NCBI GenBank assembly: GCA_015661185.1
Contig: JACVXU010000013.1
Location: 1-59,955, forward strand
DNA: 59,955 nt
Direction of reading: 5' to 3'
Origin: Bacteroidota bacterium
Lineage (GTDB): Bacteria > Bacteroidota > Ignavibacteria > UBA10030
Shown: piece after piece, positions 56,801 through 59,955 of the stretch
How the letters are laid out: every line of letters starts with the position of its first letter
Numbering within the stretch: the first letter of the stretch is position 1
Position numbers and translations under genes: made by a program
Notes under the pieces: generated by a model
The model's input: only the letters and a program-made list of their open reading frames with translations
Databases searched by the model: none
What the model was told of the DNA's origin: nothing

Positions 56801-58335
56801 GTCGTGAAAATAATCTCACCGGATGACTCGACAGCTTTTCGGAGTCTAAGCAGCTCCTCCTCGGCTCGCTTGCGATCTTCTAGTCCTCGGGCAACAACGA
56901 GCGTGGCTGGCTTACCTGCATACGTAATGGGGACCGAGGCGACTTCTACATCGACGCTAGAGCCATCAAACCGCACAAATTTCTCCTCGACAAACGGTTG
57001 CCTGACAGGCTCCTTCACTTGTGCCAACGTACGGGTTTTGACCAGTTCCTTGTAGTCCGGGTGAACAATATCGAGGATCGGCGTGCCGACCAGGTCGTTC
57101 ATTTCCCGCGCCCCGATCAACTGGATACCCGCCTTGTTGACGAAGACGAACCGCCCCTCGGCGTGTACCGCGATTGCATCTGGAGAGAGGTCGACGAGAC
57201 GCTTGTAGCGCTCCTCACTCTCGTGCAGCGCTTCCTCCTTATGTCTTCGATTTTCCTCCACACCGATTGCTGCCGCGATAATGTTCATCAATTGTTCATC
57301 ATCTGCCCCGGGCACGAAGTCGTGCTGGAAAACCGCGCACAGCGATCCAATATTTTCCTTTCCGAACCGAACACCTTTTCCGACATACGTCCTCAAATCG
57401 TACTTCCTCACATTCGGATCGCTCTTGAAGTACACGGTTTCAGGCAAGTTCCTGACGACCCTCAACTCACTCCGACCTCCACTGATCACATCATAACAAA
57501 TATGTCCTTCGGGATCGCCTTCAGATTCATAGTCCTCCGGAGTGTTCCAACGACCGATTGAGCACAACAGACCTCCATGCACCCTATTGTATAAGGCGCT
57601 TGTGGCTCCCAACAATTCCCCGCAGACTCCAACTAGTGAGTTGATATTCTGCACAGGATCCGGTCCGAACCTCAGAAAGCAATCATTGAGTCTCTTCAGC
57701 CGATCCTCCCCCATTTTCCGCTCCGTGATGTCACGGACAATAGCCTGAAAATACTTTTTGCCGTCTATCTGAATGAGACGGGAACTCGTCTCAACCGGAA
57801 AAGTCCTACCATCCTTACGCCGATGGAGCGTCTCAAACACCATCCCCCCCCTCTCTGTGACCTGTTCCATCTGGCCCACTATATCGCCAATTGTCTCAGG
57901 CGCCCGTATCGAGCGAAGGTTTTTTCCCTCCAATTCCTCCCGCGAATAACCATACGCCGCAGCAGCGCGGTCATTGACGTCCACGATTGTTCCGTCCTCT
58001 TTGATCAGCAGAATGATGTCGTTCATGCTTCGCGTGAGGTCATCGTACTGCCGCATGAGGGACCCAGTTTGCGAATGCTGCTCAAGGAGACCGTCAGCGG
58101 CCTTGATGACCGTCCGGCTCCATTCCCGCGTGAGACCGCCCCCCAGCGCCGCGAGCAACACGAGCGTTGGGAGCACGACGAACCAACTGCTCGATACGAG
58201 CGGCGCACACAGTATTCCAGTCGTGACTACAATTGCTGCGAGCACCACGTATACATAGATTCGTTGCGTCGGTATGATAACTCCCTGTACCTGACCGCTC
58301 ATTTTTCGCCTCTCGATTGTGTGATACGATGTCAA
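53845..58335 (-). CDS. Multi-PAS/GAF hybrid sensor histidine kinase with C-terminal receiver domain
   Basis: 1496 aa. Two N-terminal TM helices, many PAS-like repeats (recurrent ...DVTERK/DITERK boundaries) and one GAF-like block. HisKA (GIAHDFNNIL), HATPase (DTGDGI...GTGLGLS) and REC (ILVVEDE...VLSDFGLPKIDG...ILASGY). Confidence 0.9.
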   Translation of the reverse strand: MTSYHTIERRKMSGQVQGVIIPTQRIYVYVVLAAIVVTTGILCAPLVSSSWFVVLPTLVLLAALGGGLTREWSRTVIKAADGLLEQHSQTGSLMRQYDDLTRSMNDIILLIKEDGTIVDVNDRAAAAYGYSREELEGKNLRSIRAPETIGDIVGQMEQVTERGGMVFETLHRRKDGRTFPVETSSRLIQIDGKKYFQAIVRDITERKMGEDRLKRLNDCFLRFGPDPVQNINSLVGVCGELLGATSALYNRVHGGLLCSIGRWNTPEDYESEGDPEGHICYDVISGGRSELRVVRNLPETVYFKSDPNVRKYDLRTYVGKGVRFGKENIGSLCAVFQHDFVPGADDEQLMNIIAAAIGVEENRRHKEEALHESEERYKRLVDLSPDAIAVHAEGRFVFVNKAGIQLIGAREMNDLVGTPILDIVHPDYKELVKTRTLAQVKEPVRQPFVEEKFVRFDGSSVDVEVASVPITYAGKPATLVVARGLEDRKRAEEELLRLRKAVESSGEIIFTTDAEGIITYLNPEFTKIYGHTPEETVGKVTPRILKSGMLDESSYKFFWSELLQKRVFRGELENRTKDGRLITVEGSASPILGDKGNILGYLAVQRDVTERKRVEDALRKSEASYRGLFNSVDDAIYIQDKDGKFLDVNQGAVDMYGYERDYFIGKTPEALAAPGMNDLQQTLESVRKTYAGEPQQFEWWGRRKNGEIFPKEVRLNRSVYFGQEVVVALGMDITKRKRSEEAVRRSEMRFRRVWESSMDGMRILDESGSIVMVNEAFCRLMGKPEAELIGQPFTMAYEPVSAAEDEEDLNVYQHRFATRSFARHQEVELPLHGGKRILVEMSNSLLEISNEPLLLLSIFRDVTERREAEQRLRESEEKFRSLSEQSPNMIYINKGGKVVYVNQRCVELMGFSKDEFYAPDFSFLSLIAPDYIPLVMDNFAKHQAGKEIPAYEYVLYTKDRKRIVGLHSTRLTIYEGGTAILGIVTDVTEHRHAEEELRKLHRAVEQSPASIVITDIGGTIEYVNPKFSQITGYTLEEAKGQNPRILKSGDTPAEEYSKLWETILSGKEWKGEFHNKKKNGEQFWELASISPVRDASGAITHFLAVKEDVTERKMLEQQLWQARKMESLGTLASGIAHDFNNILGIILGYASMLGQKSVGTEKVGVYIDAIVNAAERGAGLVRQILTFARKSEFKLEKVDVNSIIGELTTMLGETFPKTITLSLQLEKALPPLSIDRTQLHQALLNLCVNARDAMADHGSISIATRLVEGKTLAPRFAAALNQSYVEISVSDTGDGIDESTKARIFEPFFTTKDVGKGTGLGLSVVFGVVEAHKGFVDVDSELGRGTTFRIYLPSREDNISPGEDRVAQSQNVRGGSETILVVEDEELMLEFVVTVLGQKGYRVLVAKDGEEAVKVYSDQMHSIHLVLSDFGLPKIDGWEACRRMKHINQNVKVILASGYLDPRMKAEILEGGIKGFIGKPYSTHEILKRIREALDS

Positions 58336-58521
58336 TTGGGGGGCAATCTCTATGCCATCCAGACTATAAGGGGATCGTGATCAGCATTGCCTCTTGTGGA
58401 AATTCGCTCGAAAATGAGGCTTTTCTCGTCGCTTTGAGCGAATAACTCAGGAACTCCCGATGCGCTTGCTTTTGCCGCCTGCGAGAACAACACCCGTGAT
58501 CTCATCTACCCCAACCATAGC

Positions 58522-59280
58522 TTACACCAACCACGGAAGAATCAGTTTGCCGCCAGCGACCACAAGAACGAGTCCGAGTGCCAGCTGAAGGAGCTTTGTA
58601 CTCAATCGCTGTGCGCCTAACCGGGAGCCGAGAAACCCCCCTAACACAACCACGGCAACAAGGATCCCGACGGGCAATTCAATACTGGTGCCACGTGCAA
58701 CATGGCCGATCAGTCCACTCACAGAATTCAGCACAATGAAAGCACTCGAAACGGCTGCTGTCCCTTTGATTTCAGCCCAACCGAGTAGGAGAATTACCGG
58801 ACTGAGAAACACGCCGCCGCCAATCCCCACAATCCCCGAAAGCAATCCGAGCACAAACCCGATGGGCGCTGCGAGCGCCCATCGTTGGATCCACCTCATC
58901 GAATCCGAACGCTGCGGAATTTCCCGGAAGAACAAGAGCCTTGCAGCAACAAGCAGAAGAGCCACACCCAGCACAAATTTTAGCGCCTCATCGCCCACAG
59001 TCATGCGTCCGCCGAGATATGCCGCGGGCATGGACGTCACGACAAACGGTAGGAGAAGCGAGAGGGATAAGTGACCGCCCCTCCAATAATTGAAAAAGCT
59101 GATCGCAGCAACAGCGATGTTGAGAACGAGAGCCGCAGGAATGATCGAAGGCGCAGCCATCCCGCTGAGTGCAAAGAGGGCGAGGTACCCCGACGCACCG
59201 CCATGTCCAATGGATGAATACAATGCGGCAACCAGGAAGAAAAGAGGGATGAGGATCCAGGGCATTTCCTGCGTGGGCAT
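58522..59280 (-). CDS. TauE/SafE-family (DUF81) anion exporter membrane protein
   Basis: 252 aa, about 8 TM helices, Gly-rich internally repeated halves typical of TauE. Confidence 0.75.
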   Translation of the reverse strand: MPTQEMPWILIPLFFLVAALYSSIGHGGASGYLALFALSGMAAPSIIPAALVLNIAVAAISFFNYWRGGHLSLSLLLPFVVTSMPAAYLGGRMTVGDEALKFVLGVALLLVAARLLFFREIPQRSDSMRWIQRWALAAPIGFVLGLLSGIVGIGGGVFLSPVILLLGWAEIKGTAAVSSAFIVLNSVSGLIGHVARGTSIELPVGILVAVVVLGGFLGSRLGAQRLSTKLLQLALGLVLVVAGGKLILPWLV

Positions 59281-59283
59281 CGA

Positions 59284-59766
59284 CTAGTCCGCTTCCTTTG
59301 CAGCCTTGGCAATCGGGACCAAGCCAACGAGATCGCCGATCCGCATTGTTCCCGGGCAAATGACACGAGCAAAAACGCCCTCCCGCGGCATCACACAATC
59401 GCCGGCACGAAAAAAGATTGCACACTTCGTATGGCATTCCTTGCCGATCTGGGTCACTTCGAGTTCGACGTTGCCGATGCGCAGATGATCACCGACCATA
59501 AGGTTCGGAACGTCAATACCCTCAGTCGTGATATTCTCGGCAAACGCGCCGGGACGGACGTTGAGCCCTTTTGCTCGCATTTTCTCAATGCTCTCCAACG
59601 CAAGCAGACTGATCTGACGATGCCAATTGCCCGCATGTGCATCCCCTTCAATGCCCCACTCCTCGCGAGCTACCGCGCATGACACGTTCGTCTTGGGAAT
59701 ACCCTTCTTCCTGCTGATTGAAATCGCAACGACAGAACCGTCCCTCTGTTTCATTGGACACTCCAC
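59284..59766 (-). CDS. MOSC domain-containing protein
   Basis: 160 aa. Beta-barrel MOSC-like sequence (GDHLRIGNVELEVTQIGKECHTKC) next to moeA. Confidence 0.7.
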   Translation of the reverse strand: MECPMKQRDGSVVAISISRKKGIPKTNVSCAVAREEWGIEGDAHAGNWHRQISLLALESIEKMRAKGLNVRPGAFAENITTEGIDVPNLMVGDHLRIGNVELEVTQIGKECHTKCAIFFRAGDCVMPREGVFARVICPGTMRIGDLVGLVPIAKAAKEAD

Positions 59767-59955
59767 TGTAGAAGTGAAACGGTAACATCGCTGCCGACAG
59801 GAAGCCTGTCAGCGGCGCTCGGGAAGTGAATGAGACAATTCGCGGCTGCCAGACCTCCCATCATATGTGAGTCTTGTCCCCTCGTGGGAGCCACCTGTAA
59901 TCGGCCGGCGGCGTCGTTGGTGAGAACGCCGCGCACAAATTCCATACGTCCCGGC
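59751..59955 (-). CDS. moeA: Molybdopterin molybdenumtransferase MoeA, C-terminal end only (gene runs off the right edge)
   Basis: EFVRGVLTND..GRLQVAPTRGQDSHMMGGLAAANCLIHFP...LPVGSDVTV is typical of MoeA domain IV. Confidence 0.7.
   Translation of the reverse strand, partial: PGRMEFVRGVLTNDAAGRLQVAPTRGQDSHMMGGLAAANCLIHFPSAADRLPVGSDVTVSLLQWSVQ

Noticed and set aside
1-59955. Search for CRISPR arrays, transposases/integrases, prophage genes, rRNA and tRNA
   Set aside because: No regularly spaced repeats, no recombinase- or transposase-like ORFs and no rRNA/tRNA-like sequences were seen by eye. A proper scan (tRNAscan-SE, Infernal, CRISPR finders) is still needed to exclude them.

Overview
Chromosomal segment of a Gram-negative bacterium, probably from the FCB group (Ignavibacteria/Bacteroidota-like). 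The taxon guess rests on an LpxC-FabZ fusion, twin Skp/OmpH genes and the uppS-bamA-skp-lpxD-lpxC/fabZ-lpxA order. All family calls were made by eye from the supplied translations; no searches were run. Nearly all genes are on the minus strand.

Left to right:
- A decayed msrP/msrQ remnant (1-375).
- A two-gene GAF-PP2C phosphatase + HerA-like ATPase module (480-3357).
- A TetR-controlled YbhGFSR-like ABC-2/HlyD/TolC efflux operon (3.6-10.7 kb).
- DUF3109-like protein, mutS, a CPXCG mini-protein, and an orphan C39-like cysteine peptidase.
- A very tightly packed, roughly 22 kb co-directional cluster (16.6-38.8 kb). It combines three Tat-signal Gfo/Idh/MocA dehydrogenases, two cytoplasmic ones, a xylose-isomerase-like TIM barrel, an MFS permease and DUF1080/ThuA/HEAT-repeat lipoproteins. 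It also holds a heptahaem cytochrome c translationally coupled to a His-rich membrane protein, a discoidin lipoprotein, a GT-C glycosyltransferase and ApbE.
- pfp, surE, a lipoate-ligase-family gene, and the lipid A/BamA/UppS envelope operon (39.3-50.0 kb).
- clpC and a pseudouridine synthase on the plus strand.
- A 1496-aa multi-PAS hybrid histidine kinase, then TauE, MOSC and the 3' end of moeA.

I saw no rRNA, tRNA, CRISPR array, transposase or integrase.

Three loci look disrupted: the msrPQ remnant, a ThuA-HEAT gene split by a perfect 23-bp tandem duplication, and a frameshifted second skp. The best candidates for new biology are the dehydrogenase-cytochrome cluster and the PP2C-HerA pair.
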